NCBI GenBank assembly: GCA_031411295.1
Contig: JANOAV010000057.1
Span: forward strand, 4,379 to 68,378
From: Verrucomicrobiales bacterium
GTDB taxonomy: Bacteria > Verrucomicrobiota > Verrucomicrobiia > Verrucomicrobiales > V1-33
DNA: 64,000 nt
Reading direction: 5' to 3'
The translations under genes were made by a program, and so were the position numbers. Positions 20,014-29,372 of the stretch are shown piece after piece; the stretch's first letter is position 1, and every line of letters begins with the position of its first letter. The notes beneath the pieces are model-generated. The model did not search any database, had not been told where the DNA came from, and worked only from the letters and a program-made list of their open reading frames with translations.

Positions 20014-20718
20014 TTACGATGATAGCGCGGCAGGGTCTGAATGTCTAGCGCCAGTGGTGGTGGATGGAGAATTTTCCCGCTGCCCTTCATTTACCTGCGG
20101 CGGGGCGACCGGGGTGGGAGTTGGTTGCGTCGCCAGGTGGAATTTCTGCAGAATCTGTTCCGCCACGGCATTGAGGGTGGCGAAAACGTTATACCCCGTG
20201 TTGGCGGCGGCTTCGAAACTCACGCGGCGGGGGGCTGAGTTGTTCAGCAAATATTCCAAGTAGGTTACCGGCACGGCCTCCGGAAGATCGCGTTTGTTGT
20301 ATTGAAAGACGAGAGGGAGAGTCTCGACCGTGATGCCGTTGTTCACCAGATTCCGTCGCAGCGTTTGCAAACTTTGAAGATTTTCTTCCATGCGCTCTGG
20401 GGCCGAGTCGCTCACGAAGACAACCCCGTCCACCCCCTTGAGCACCAATTGTCGGGTGGCGTTATAGCACACCTGTCCGGGGATGGTATAGAGCATGAAT
20501 TTGGTGGCGTAGCCGTTGATGACGACGGTGTTGATGGGCAGGAAATCGAAGAACAAGGTCCGGTCCGTGGAGGTGGCCAAGGAAACGAGATCGCCCCGCT
20601 GGTCAGCCTCAATGCGGCTGTGGATGTATTGCAGGTTGGTGGTTTTACCGCCCACGGGGGTGCCGCAATAAACTATCTTGAAAGTTACTTCTTTCGTTTC
20701 GTGATTGACGACGGCCAT
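20014..20718 (-). CDS. mglA: MglA-family Ras-like small GTPase
   Basis: 'FKIVYCGTPVGGKTTNLQYI', 'TDRTLFFDFLP', 'YTIPGQVCYNATRQLVLKGVDGVVFVSDS' and 'FQYNKRDLPEAV' are near-identical in pattern to Myxococcus MglA as I recall it. It also has a ~40-aa C-terminal tail. Confidence 0.9.
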   Translation of the reverse strand: MAVVNHETKEVTFKIVYCGTPVGGKTTNLQYIHSRIEADQRGDLVSLATSTDRTLFFDFLPINTVVINGYATKFMLYTIPGQVCYNATRQLVLKGVDGVVFVSDSAPERMEENLQSLQTLRRNLVNNGITVETLPLVFQYNKRDLPEAVPVTYLEYLLNNSAPRRVSFEAAANTGYNVFATLNAVAEQILQKFHLATQPTPTPVAPPQVNEGQRENSPSTTTGARHSDPAALSS

Positions 20719-20735
20719 AAGTTCAGGAATCCGAT

Positions 20736-23501
20736 CTAGTTGGAGAGGGAGGCGAGTTCGCGTGTCACCAAGGTGAGTTTGTCGCGCATCTCGTCTGCCA
20801 AGCTAGCCTCATCCTGCAGGACTGCCAGACAAATCTTCTCTTCGAGGAAAAAGGTGCTGGCGGCGTTGTCCAAGCGCATGGTGAAGGAACCCTGGACGGG
20901 CTGCCCCATGTTCTCGAGCATCATTTTTAGAGACTGGTAACGCAGTCCCGCTTTGTCAAAGAATGCGGCCTCGGCGTCGGTAGCGTGGCCCTCTGTGGAA
21001 ATTCCATTCCCCGTCATCAGGACCGCCGCCCGCACTCCAGCAAGTCTGGAGACGTGCGCCAAGGCGATGGCTGGCGACATTTCGCCAGAGGCCTGCAACC
21101 AATGCCGCAGGGACATGTGAGCCGGATGCTCCCGATAGCCAAATTGGAAATCCTGGCTTACCGGAGCAGGCGCTGGGACTGGAAGTGGGGGGGCCTCGGC
21201 AATCGGTTCAGCTGCCGAGATGACTCCTGATCCGTCCGTGGGCTGCTCCGCTGGTGCCGGAGCTGTCAGGACCATTTCGAGAACTTCAGAAGCAGGAGGG
21301 GTGGGTTGGAAAGCGCTGAAATCTGGAGCTGCTACCACTGGCGCTTGGGTCGCTGGCGCTTGGGTCGCTGGCGGGGCCAAAGGCATCGGCAACGGCGGCA
21401 GAAAGCCGATGGGCTTGGTCAATTCTGGTAGCTCAATCGCCAACGGAGCGCGCTCTAGTGCCGGAGCGGCCACCGCCCCCCGCAAAGGCAGATGGCTTGG
21501 TGGCGGCGTGCTAAGGGTGGACGCAGGTTGCGGCGTGCCCAAATCATCATGGGCGGTGATGAAGGACGGAAGTTGAGCTTCTGCGATTTCTCCTGCGGGT
21601 TCTGGCACGGGCGGCGGCACCCGCAGCGGAGGCAGGTCCAGTGGGACCACTTGCTGGGCGATGGGTGTGGGGGCTGGCAGAGGGATTCTAGTGGCGTCCT
21701 CGGTGGCCCGGTTGGTAAATGGAGTCTCGAAGAACGAGGCTGGCGAAGCCAAGGGAGCGGGGGCGGCGGCGGGGATCGCCTCGCTGGGCAGCGCATGGAA
21801 GAGTTCTGAGAGCGGCAGGTTGGCCATCAGGCTGGGCTGAGCCCGGGCAAAGGCAGGACGGAATTTCTCCGCAACCCCGGAAATAATGTCATTGAGGCCA
21901 ACTTGCACGCGGCCCGTCGCCAACTGCGGCCGGATCAGGGACAGCGGAAAATCAACCATCACGGTATCCGGCACCTTCTCTGGGTCGAAACCCAGACTCT
22001 CATGACTAACGGAACGCAACACGGAGGCTAGTCTCATGGAAACCTGGCCTGGAGCGGGTTCTGGAGCTGGTTCTGGAGCGGGCAGTGGCTGCGGTGCCGA
22101 AGCAACAGCCGGGACTGGTGCCACCAATACGGCAGCGGTGGCGGCTGGCTGAGGGGCAGGTGGCGGCGGCAATACCAACGGCGGCAGCACTTCGGCAGTG
22201 GGGGCAGCAATCTGCGGCGGCGGGAGTTCCGCCTGCTCTACGGCAGGGGTCAGGGAGAACGGTGAGGCCGCTGGAGGCGCAGGCGCTGCAACAATAGTTG
22301 CTGGTGGCGGACCCAGAACCTGGGCACTTGGACTCACCACTTGAAATGGTGAACTCCCGTGGTTGGAGAAGGGAGACGCTGGCGCGGGATTGGGGGCAGC
22401 TGCGGGCGGTCCTGGCAGAAGTGATGGAGCACTGACCGCAAAGGGAGATGCGGGTATGGCTACGGCGGGCTGTGGCAAGCCACGGGGCTCCGCTGGACTT
22501 GGTGCGGGCTGCACAATTTGGAAAGGGGACGACGAGTGCGGAGCTGGAAATGCCGGTGGGCCGCTCAAAGGAGCCGCCGGAGCGGGGAGTCGCTCTGCCA
22601 CGGTAAAAGGCGAGGATGGAGCATGGGCAGTGATCGGAGCGGCTGGGGCCGCGGCCCCGGGTAAACTTGGAGCCAGTTGGAAAGGAGAGGCGGGCGGCAC
22701 TGAGTTAACTGCTGCTGCCGGAGCTGCCGGTAGCGCAGGCTGGACCAAAGCAAATGGACTGGCGGTTGGCACCTCGGGCTTCACTTCGAATGGTGACATC
22801 TCAACCGGAGATGCGGTCTGGAATGGACTATCCATTGGACTCAGCACTTCTGAAGCTGGCTCAGGGGTGGCTGACCTAATTGAGAATGGGCTGTCTGTGC
22901 CAGCGCTTCGCACAGGTGGCAGGGCTACTTGATTCCCTTCGAGAATGCGGCGGACTTTTTGGTAGGGTAAGGCGACCTCCTGATCCTCCCCAGGCATTAA
23001 TTGGCGGCTAAAGAGATAGGGGCTGACCGCAAAAACTTGACTCAGCCGCAAGCAGGGGCGTCCTGCGAGAAAGGTTGCCCGAAGCGCTTCCAGCGGCAAT
23101 GGCACTAAATAATCCGGCGGTAAATGTCCCGTGTTCAACAACTGTGGCGGCAACAGAATGCTCAGCTCCCGGATCGTGAAACCCTCCTCAGAGGCGGGCT
23201 GGAATGGTGAAGAAATGGACATAGGCACAGGTTGGGGCGTGGAAGGCAATGCGGTGGCGGTGTTAAACGGGCTTGAACTGGGTCGAACATGACGTTCCTG
23301 AACTATTGAGCCATTGATAAATGGCGTCGAACGGGGCCCATTAAGCTCCTTCGGCATGCCGCCACGAATCGATTCGCCATTGATAGTGGTGGCATTCGCT
23401 AGGCTGGGATCAGATGATTCGCGACGAAACAGGCTCTTAAGTGAAAAGGCCATGAAAGAGGGTGGGTTGAGGAGTTGCCAATTTACCGGAGTTTTGGTCA
23501 A
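20736..23501 (-). CDS. Large Pro/Ala-rich protein with 13 SPF motifs, two copies of an ~85-aa unknown domain and a C-terminal Roadblock-like domain
   Basis: 921-aa ORF directly upstream of mglA (alternative start 'MAFSLKSLFRR' at 23453). The C-terminus 'VRAAVLMTGNGISTEGH...QGSFTMRLDNAASTFFLEEKICLAVL' is Roadblock-like. Confidence 0.75.
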   Translation of the reverse strand: MTKTPVNWQLLNPPSFMAFSLKSLFRRESSDPSLANATTINGESIRGGMPKELNGPRSTPFINGSIVQERHVRPSSSPFNTATALPSTPQPVPMSISSPFQPASEEGFTIRELSILLPPQLLNTGHLPPDYLVPLPLEALRATFLAGRPCLRLSQVFAVSPYLFSRQLMPGEDQEVALPYQKVRRILEGNQVALPPVRSAGTDSPFSIRSATPEPASEVLSPMDSPFQTASPVEMSPFEVKPEVPTASPFALVQPALPAAPAAAVNSVPPASPFQLAPSLPGAAAPAAPITAHAPSSPFTVAERLPAPAAPLSGPPAFPAPHSSSPFQIVQPAPSPAEPRGLPQPAVAIPASPFAVSAPSLLPGPPAAAPNPAPASPFSNHGSSPFQVVSPSAQVLGPPPATIVAAPAPPAASPFSLTPAVEQAELPPPQIAAPTAEVLPPLVLPPPPAPQPAATAAVLVAPVPAVASAPQPLPAPEPAPEPAPGQVSMRLASVLRSVSHESLGFDPEKVPDTVMVDFPLSLIRPQLATGRVQVGLNDIISGVAEKFRPAFARAQPSLMANLPLSELFHALPSEAIPAAAPAPLASPASFFETPFTNRATEDATRIPLPAPTPIAQQVVPLDLPPLRVPPPVPEPAGEIAEAQLPSFITAHDDLGTPQPASTLSTPPPSHLPLRGAVAAPALERAPLAIELPELTKPIGFLPPLPMPLAPPATQAPATQAPVVAAPDFSAFQPTPPASEVLEMVLTAPAPAEQPTDGSGVISAAEPIAEAPPLPVPAPAPVSQDFQFGYREHPAHMSLRHWLQASGEMSPAIALAHVSRLAGVRAAVLMTGNGISTEGHATDAEAAFFDKAGLRYQSLKMMLENMGQPVQGSFTMRLDNAASTFFLEEKICLAVLQDEASLADEMRDKLTLVTRELASLSN

Positions 23502-23555
23502 CCCATAAGGAAAAACCGAAAAATTGTCAACTTTAATTAATTTTCAAACTCAAAA

Positions 23556-23572
23556 AAATGTAAATTACATTT
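23556..23572. promoter_or_regulatory. Palindrome AAATGTAA-A-TTACATTT in the AT-rich leader of the MglA operon (possible operator)
   Basis: Perfect 8-nt inverted arms around one central base. A related TTTGTA-TT-TACAAA lies at 23764-23777. The function is inferred only. Confidence 0.3.
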
Positions 23573-23984
23573 AAACGATGGGCTGTGTCGCGTTGGTCTA
23601 TCTAGTCAGCGCCATTTCCATAGCCAGAGCAACTTTCATAACGGGATCGCGCCAGACGGCTGATTTCCTACCCATGAAATCTGGAAATTACAAATAGGGC
23701 TCAGAATTACGATCCGACCGGTCGCGATCTTGTCAAACAACCAGCAACAAAGAAAAATTAAAATTTGTATTTACAAACGCCATACTTGGACTACACTATA
23801 GATGTGAAATCCGAGTCCTCACGAAGAATTTCACGAATCCCCTCCCCAAACCGCAAAGGGGTGGAACCCCTAGTTCCTTCCCCAACACCAGTCGCCCCGT
23901 GGAATGAGTCCCCCTGCTCGTTCGCGGGGCGACTCTGTTCTCAGCATTGGTGGAGTATTAACGATGGAGCCGCTTTGCAACCTG

Positions 23985-24013
23985 TCGGAGGAGGAGTTCA
24001 GAATCTCCTCCGA
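23985..24013 (-). terminator. Possible terminator hairpin after the GH13 gene
   Basis: TCGGAGGAG ... CTCCTCCGA is a 9-bp perfect stem with an 11-nt loop, 30 nt past the stop. No U-tract follows, so this is weak. Confidence 0.3.
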
Positions 24014-24043
24014 GATTGCTTCACTCACAGGATGCACGTCGAT

Positions 24044-27000
24044 CTAAGGCAGGCTGACTTCGACGCGATAGAAGCGTCTTGTGTCAGTGGAGTTCACATT
24101 CCAGGTGAAATTCTGCGCTGAGGTCACCGAGGTATAACTGCCGATCGGTTGCCAGCCTCCGAGCGCAGTGCTGGTCATCAGGCGGTAGCGTCGGTTCGTA
24201 ATCAGTGGGAAGGTGATGCCGAGACCGGGATTGGCTGGAGCAATCGTCATCGACGGGACGCTGTCCTGCGTGATCGGGCTGAGGCCGAAGAGAAATTCCT
24301 GGAGGTTGGTCACGCCATCGAAATCCGGATCGCCTGCCGAACCTTGATCGCCATCCGGATTGTTGCGATCCAAGCCGTGAGCGCTTTCCCAATAATCTGG
24401 GAGGCCATCATTATCCGAATCAGTTACCGCAGCCACGGCGGCTTTTACCAGCCTAGTGTCATTCAGCGTCACGGAACCCCGCTTGTGCTCCACGCGGACG
24501 TAATGCAGAAAGTTAGAATCGCCATTGTAGAGATTGGGGAAGGTAAATGTCAGGGCGCTCTCAGTGCCGGTCTCATTGCGGATGAAACCATAAGTGGCGC
24601 GCGGTTGGAAGATTTCCCCCTCCGGATCGCCACTGACTTGGCTGGCCAGATAGATGCTGAACTCGGGGATCAACAGCGCCTCGGCAATATCCACCCCAGG
24701 CGAGGATTGACCGAGCGTTTTGTTGAAGTAAACCTTCATTTGATAGGTGCTGGAAACGATATCGCCATCGTTGGTGGGAAATTGAATGCGAAAATTGGCC
24801 GGACTCCCTGTGGTGACTGTTCGCGTTAGGGTGGTGAACCAGCCTGCGGAGTCCGTTAGGTTGTTATCCGTTGAACTGGAGAGTTCCTTGAAACGAACCT
24901 TCACGCTGGCGGTGCCACTGGCGGGAATGTTGGTGTAAGTGAAGCGCCATTCCCTGGTGAAACTGGTGCCGCCGATTTGTTGTGGCGGATTCACCTCCGT
25001 GGCCTTGGCCCAGGTGGTGGTGCCGTTGGAATCCAGAATTTGATACCAGACTTCGTTCGTCTGATCGTCGCTGAGCACCACGAAACCGTAGCTGCTGCCA
25101 CCCAGCGTGTCCCCATTGTTGGCGGGAAATTTAATCAAGCCCTGGGGAGCTTGTTGATCCAGGTAAAACGTCTGCGTGTTCGTCTTGTAAAGCGAGGCCT
25201 TGCCGCTGCGGGAAAGGAACGAGCGCGTGCGGACGACGTGCATGCCATCCTTGAGACCGGTGGCTTGCGTGCCCTTGTCACTATGCGGATAGTAGGTCAC
25301 GGTGTTGGCATTGAAGCCCGTGATTTTATAAATCGTTTCCATCCGTTCCTTCTTCCGCACTTCATCCATGCTGGAGGGATAACGGGTGGCGGCGGTGTTC
25401 TTGTAACCGCCGATTTTATACCGCAGCTTGGTGCCTGCTGGGAGTGCGGGAATGGTGCCGCGCCACCATTCTGGGGTGCCCCCTGCTTCGGCCGTGCCAT
25501 TTTGCACCTTGGTGAAATCGACAATTTGCGTGGAGCCACGGCCCTTGTTGCCACTGCCTTCAGGATAGGACGTGCCATCGGTGGTATAGTAAATTTTCAC
25601 ACTGCCCAAGGCGTCCGCCGTGTATCCCACTTTAACCACAAATGTAATCGGCTGGCCGGCTGCGCTGGCGGGCTGTGGCTGCATTTGCAGGGTGGTGTCG
25701 ATGCCATGGCCGACTGCTGGATTATGGAAGAGCCACTGGGCGGTGTCGGTATTGGTATCCGTGCCATTTACATCCGCCTGATTCAGCGTGATGCCGCTGG
25801 AACCGATGGTGGCCTCCCAGGTCTCCGCTCCCGGGCTGCCAATGATGACGCGCGTAATGTCCTGCGCGGCAAATTTCTCCGTCATGCGTCGTTCGAACTG
25901 CATCTGCTCGTAGCCGACGAACAACTCCATGCCCTTGGGGTCGGCCGGTAGCGTGTCTGGGGGATTGTCGCGCTTGGTGCCGGTTAGGGGGCCGATGCTG
26001 AGTTGGGAATTCACATCCACTCCGCCGTCCAATTTGATCAGCATGTTCGCCACCGAACCATCACCCCGTGCCAGGATGGAGAGATTCGTCGCGGAAGTCA
26101 CCCGAGGGATTTGCGCATTGTAAGCATAGGCTGGATCACCATTTTTCCCATCCACCCGACGTTGCGTCATCATCTCACAGTCCAGCCCATTCTGCTGAAT
26201 CGTAATGGGGCGCACCGTGGTCGAGCCTTCGAAGGCCAAGGTGGCTTCCGGCACCGGCAGGCTGAACGCGAAGTAACCATTGCTGGGCGTGATCACTTGA
26301 TTGGCAGTGAAATTTCCCGCCGCATCAAGTTCCTTAATTTTACCATCATTGCCAACGTAGGCATAGAAACTTCCGCCATGCGGGCTGTAGTTGCGGAGGA
26401 TGGTGTTCGTCGGCAGGCTCGTGGTGAAGCCGCCGGGCTGACCCTGACCTGAAGTATAATTTCGCGCCATTAGGACTAGCAAGGTGGTGCCATCCGCATC
26501 GTTCATGGTGCTGCCTTCGGATTTATCGCGGAACTCCCACGCTGCGAAATTCTGACTACTCCAGCGACCGAATTGCCCTCCGCGCACGAAGTCGCGACGG
26601 ACCCGCAGGGCTCCTGTGATATAGTTTTGACCATACTGACCCAGGAACGGCACGTAGGACGGCTTGGGGAAATAGTCCGGCCCGCCGGAGATGTTATAGC
26701 CATCGGTGTAAATGATTGGCAACCCCGCGCGCATCAGCATGTATTGATGCGCGGCGGGACGTTCGCTGCCTGCCATGTAGTTGTTATCGTGGCTCAGGGT
26801 ATACATCATGCCGTTATTGACGCCCTTCGTGAAGGAGCCGGGGTTATCATAGCCGCTCAAGCTCCCGCCAATGCCATTGCCCACGCCGTTAGCGAAATCA
26901 TCATTGGCCAGACGCATCCCGGCATTGATGTAATCATCCGGATTCGGTGGGGCTCCCAAGTGCTCGCCAAACATCACCAAATCATTCCTTGCCAAGGTTT

Positions 27001-28147
27001 GATCGAAGTTGGTATCCCGATGATTATCCCAATCCGTGAAACCGCGCGTCACATTAAATTGCTCCTGGGCCTGGCCAAGGAAACCCGCGTTGGACCGATC
27101 CTTGTTGACCCCGCTCATGAGGCCGAAGAAATAGTTCGGCACATGCTTCACGGCATCCAAGCGGAAGCCATCGCAATTCGTCTGATCCACCTGCCAGCGA
27201 ATGGAGCGGATAACCATGGTGTTCACGTCTTCGGCCACGATGTTGCCCATGTCATATTTGCCATTTCCAAATCCCCAAGCCGCAGTTTGGCGCGCGGGAT
27301 TTGTGGGATCCACACCCGTGTCTGTGAAGGGTTCGCTCGGCTCCCCGACATCGTGCTGGCCATTGCCGTTCGTGTCCTGCCAGTCGAATTTTCCGTTCCC
27401 AGCCCCAGTATTTCCAGCCCCATAGCCGCTGTCCACATACGGTTCCTTGTTGGAAAAGGGATGCACTGGCTGGCCATCCGCATTGGTCGCCACCGTGAGA
27501 TCAGTATCCAAGTAAAGCCACGGTTTCCCCGCATGACGAATGCCGATCCATTTGGGATAATCCAAATTCTCCGTCTGCCCCACCGGATCGAAGCTGGTGT
27601 TCCAATCTTCATAAGCAATGTCCCATGCGAAAGGATTGCGATTCAGCACCTGCCATTCGTCATTGTAATCGACCGAATCCGACGCCTTGCGCCAACCGCC
27701 ACCGGCTTTGCGCACGAGGTGGAAATCCTCTGGCACAAATCCCGGAATCCCCGGAAACAACGTTCCCGCTGGCACATTATCCAACGGCCCGGCATTGTGC
27801 GCCATCACGTTGTCGAAATAAATTTTCAGCCCGAAGCGATGCGCCTTTTCCACCAAGGAGAGCAACTCCGCCTTCGTCCCATAGCGCGTCCGCACGGTGC
27901 CAGACTGATCTTTATCGCCCAAGTCAAACCGATCAAAAACATCATACCCCACCGAATACGTGCCCGATCCACCCTTGGTCGGCGGCGGCAGCCACAGCGA
28001 GGAATATCCCGCCTCCGCAATCTCCGGCAACCGATACTCAATCTCCTTCCACGAAGTATTGAAATATTGCAGCACTGTCTCCTCCGCCACCAGCGAGGCG
28101 AACGGGGACAGGAACACGAGGGAAAAGATCAAAGACAGACGCTTCAT
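24044..28147 (-). CDS. Giant secreted GH13 alpha-amylase-family glycoside hydrolase with long C-terminal beta-rich region and DxDxDG tail
   Basis: Signal peptide. GH13 regions: 'YFDNVMAHN' (I), 'GFRLDAVKHV' (II), 'MFGEHLG' (III), 'YTLSHDN' (IV). Confidence 0.9.
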   Translation of the reverse strand: MKRLSLIFSLVFLSPFASLVAEETVLQYFNTSWKEIEYRLPEIAEAGYSSLWLPPPTKGGSGTYSVGYDVFDRFDLGDKDQSGTVRTRYGTKAELLSLVEKAHRFGLKIYFDNVMAHNAGPLDNVPAGTLFPGIPGFVPEDFHLVRKAGGGWRKASDSVDYNDEWQVLNRNPFAWDIAYEDWNTSFDPVGQTENLDYPKWIGIRHAGKPWLYLDTDLTVATNADGQPVHPFSNKEPYVDSGYGAGNTGAGNGKFDWQDTNGNGQHDVGEPSEPFTDTGVDPTNPARQTAAWGFGNGKYDMGNIVAEDVNTMVIRSIRWQVDQTNCDGFRLDAVKHVPNYFFGLMSGVNKDRSNAGFLGQAQEQFNVTRGFTDWDNHRDTNFDQTLARNDLVMFGEHLGAPPNPDDYINAGMRLANDDFANGVGNGIGGSLSGYDNPGSFTKGVNNGMMYTLSHDNNYMAGSERPAAHQYMLMRAGLPIIYTDGYNISGGPDYFPKPSYVPFLGQYGQNYITGALRVRRDFVRGGQFGRWSSQNFAAWEFRDKSEGSTMNDADGTTLLVLMARNYTSGQGQPGGFTTSLPTNTILRNYSPHGGSFYAYVGNDGKIKELDAAGNFTANQVITPSNGYFAFSLPVPEATLAFEGSTTVRPITIQQNGLDCEMMTQRRVDGKNGDPAYAYNAQIPRVTSATNLSILARGDGSVANMLIKLDGGVDVNSQLSIGPLTGTKRDNPPDTLPADPKGMELFVGYEQMQFERRMTEKFAAQDITRVIIGSPGAETWEATIGSSGITLNQADVNGTDTNTDTAQWLFHNPAVGHGIDTTLQMQPQPASAAGQPITFVVKVGYTADALGSVKIYYTTDGTSYPEGSGNKGRGSTQIVDFTKVQNGTAEAGGTPEWWRGTIPALPAGTKLRYKIGGYKNTAATRYPSSMDEVRKKERMETIYKITGFNANTVTYYPHSDKGTQATGLKDGMHVVRTRSFLSRSGKASLYKTNTQTFYLDQQAPQGLIKFPANNGDTLGGSSYGFVVLSDDQTNEVWYQILDSNGTTTWAKATEVNPPQQIGGTSFTREWRFTYTNIPASGTASVKVRFKELSSSTDNNLTDSAGWFTTLTRTVTTGSPANFRIQFPTNDGDIVSSTYQMKVYFNKTLGQSSPGVDIAEALLIPEFSIYLASQVSGDPEGEIFQPRATYGFIRNETGTESALTFTFPNLYNGDSNFLHYVRVEHKRGSVTLNDTRLVKAAVAAVTDSDNDGLPDYWESAHGLDRNNPDGDQGSAGDPDFDGVTNLQEFLFGLSPITQDSVPSMTIAPANPGLGITFPLITNRRYRLMTSTALGGWQPIGSYTSVTSAQNFTWNVNSTDTRRFYRVEVSLP

Positions 28148-28322
28148 AACGAGGGGGGGAAGTAATTGGGGAGAGCCAACAGTAACGGATTCCCGCCGGA
28201 CATAGAAGCATTAATTTTAGCTGATTTTGCACCCAAGGTGGCTCATCAAAGATGGGGACAGTCCGCTGGAATGCTCCTTCCTTCATTCACAGCGCAGTCC
28301 AGCAGACTGCCGGCCACTCTGA

Positions 28323-29372
28323 CTAGCTGTCCTGAACTGCTTCCAACAATTCCTTGGGCGTGACTGTGGCCGTGCCGATCTTCCCGACCACAATGCCGCT
28401 GGCGATGTTGGAAATTTCCGCCGCCACGGCTCCGGTGGCTCCTGCAGCAAGGGCCAGCGTGAACAGCGCGATGGCGGTGTCTCCGGCTCCAGAAACATCG
28501 AAGACTTCGCGCGCGCGGGTTGGAGTGTGGTAGGGCGTTGCTACGGGGTTGCTGTTTTCCAGCAGGGCCATTCCGTGTTCTCCCAGCGTGATGAGCAACA
28601 GTTGGGATTCCCATTCGGCAAACAATCGTGCCGCCAGGGAGGGTAGCTTCGCGAGCAAATCCGTTTCCGTGATTTCGCCAGGATCAGCCATGCGGGCGGC
28701 TGCGAAGGCTTCCTTGCGATTCGGCTTGATGGCAGTGGCGCCCTTCCAGTGGATGGGATTGCTGGGATTCGGGTCCACCGTTAGGATAATGTCACCTCCC
28801 TGCAATTTTGGCGCCAACTGGTCCACGAATTCCTGGGTGATGAGTCCCTTGGCGTAGTCTTCCAGAATGATGGCATCCAGTTCACCTAACTTCGGTTCCA
28901 GCCAGGCCCAGATCTTCTCCCAAGTAGCTGCGGAGGCTGGTTGCAGGCGCTCGCGGTCGATTCGCACCACGTGTTGGCTGCGGGAAATGACCCGGGTTTT
29001 CACGATCGTTTCGCGCTCGGGATCTTGGATGATACCGCTGGTGTCGATGCCGGTTTCCGCCAGCAATTCCGTCAACTGCGTGCTGTGAACATCCGCCCCG
29101 GTGATCCCCAGTAAATGAACTTTACTGGCAAAGGGAGCCAGATTCCGCGCCACGTTAGCAGCTCCGCCCGGATAGGCGGATTCCCTCGTCACATGCACGA
29201 TGGGGACGGGCGCTTCCGGGGAAATGCGGCTGACATTTCCCCAGAGAAAACGATCCAGCATGACATCGCCAATGACGAGCACGCGCTTGCTGCGAAAGGC
29301 TTCCAGGTAGGGTTGGAGTTGGGCGGTGGTCACAGTTGTAAATTTAGAGCAGATGTTTTTCGAGCAATTCAC
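28323..29372 (-). CDS. D-glycero-beta-D-manno-heptose-7-phosphate kinase (RfaE/HldE domain I type, PfkB family)
   Basis: 'RVLVIGDVMLDRFLWGNVSRISPEAPVPIVHV', 'GGAANVARNL', 'DVSGAGDT'. The annotated start overlaps the gatB 3' end by 29 nt, so an internal GTG start is possible. Confidence 0.8.
   Translation of the reverse strand: MNCSKNICSKFTTVTTAQLQPYLEAFRSKRVLVIGDVMLDRFLWGNVSRISPEAPVPIVHVTRESAYPGGAANVARNLAPFASKVHLLGITGADVHSTQLTELLAETGIDTSGIIQDPERETIVKTRVISRSQHVVRIDRERLQPASAATWEKIWAWLEPKLGELDAIILEDYAKGLITQEFVDQLAPKLQGGDIILTVDPNPSNPIHWKGATAIKPNRKEAFAAARMADPGEITETDLLAKLPSLAARLFAEWESQLLLITLGEHGMALLENSNPVATPYHTPTRAREVFDVSGAGDTAIALFTLALAAGATGAVAAEISNIASGIVVGKIGTATVTPKELLEAVQDS

Noticed and set aside
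23765-24121. 118-aa plus-strand ORF in the MglA/GH13 intergenic region
   Set aside because: It has a non-ATG start, no motifs, and runs into the 3' end of the GH13 gene. The region looks like promoter/terminator DNA.
26573-28165. 530-aa plus-strand ORF antisense to the GH13 gene (similar cases at 24149..24829 and 24977..25951)
   Set aside because: It mirrors a strongly supported gene. The translation is low-complexity (R/H/I/G-rich) with no motifs. It is a typical antisense open frame in GC-rich DNA.
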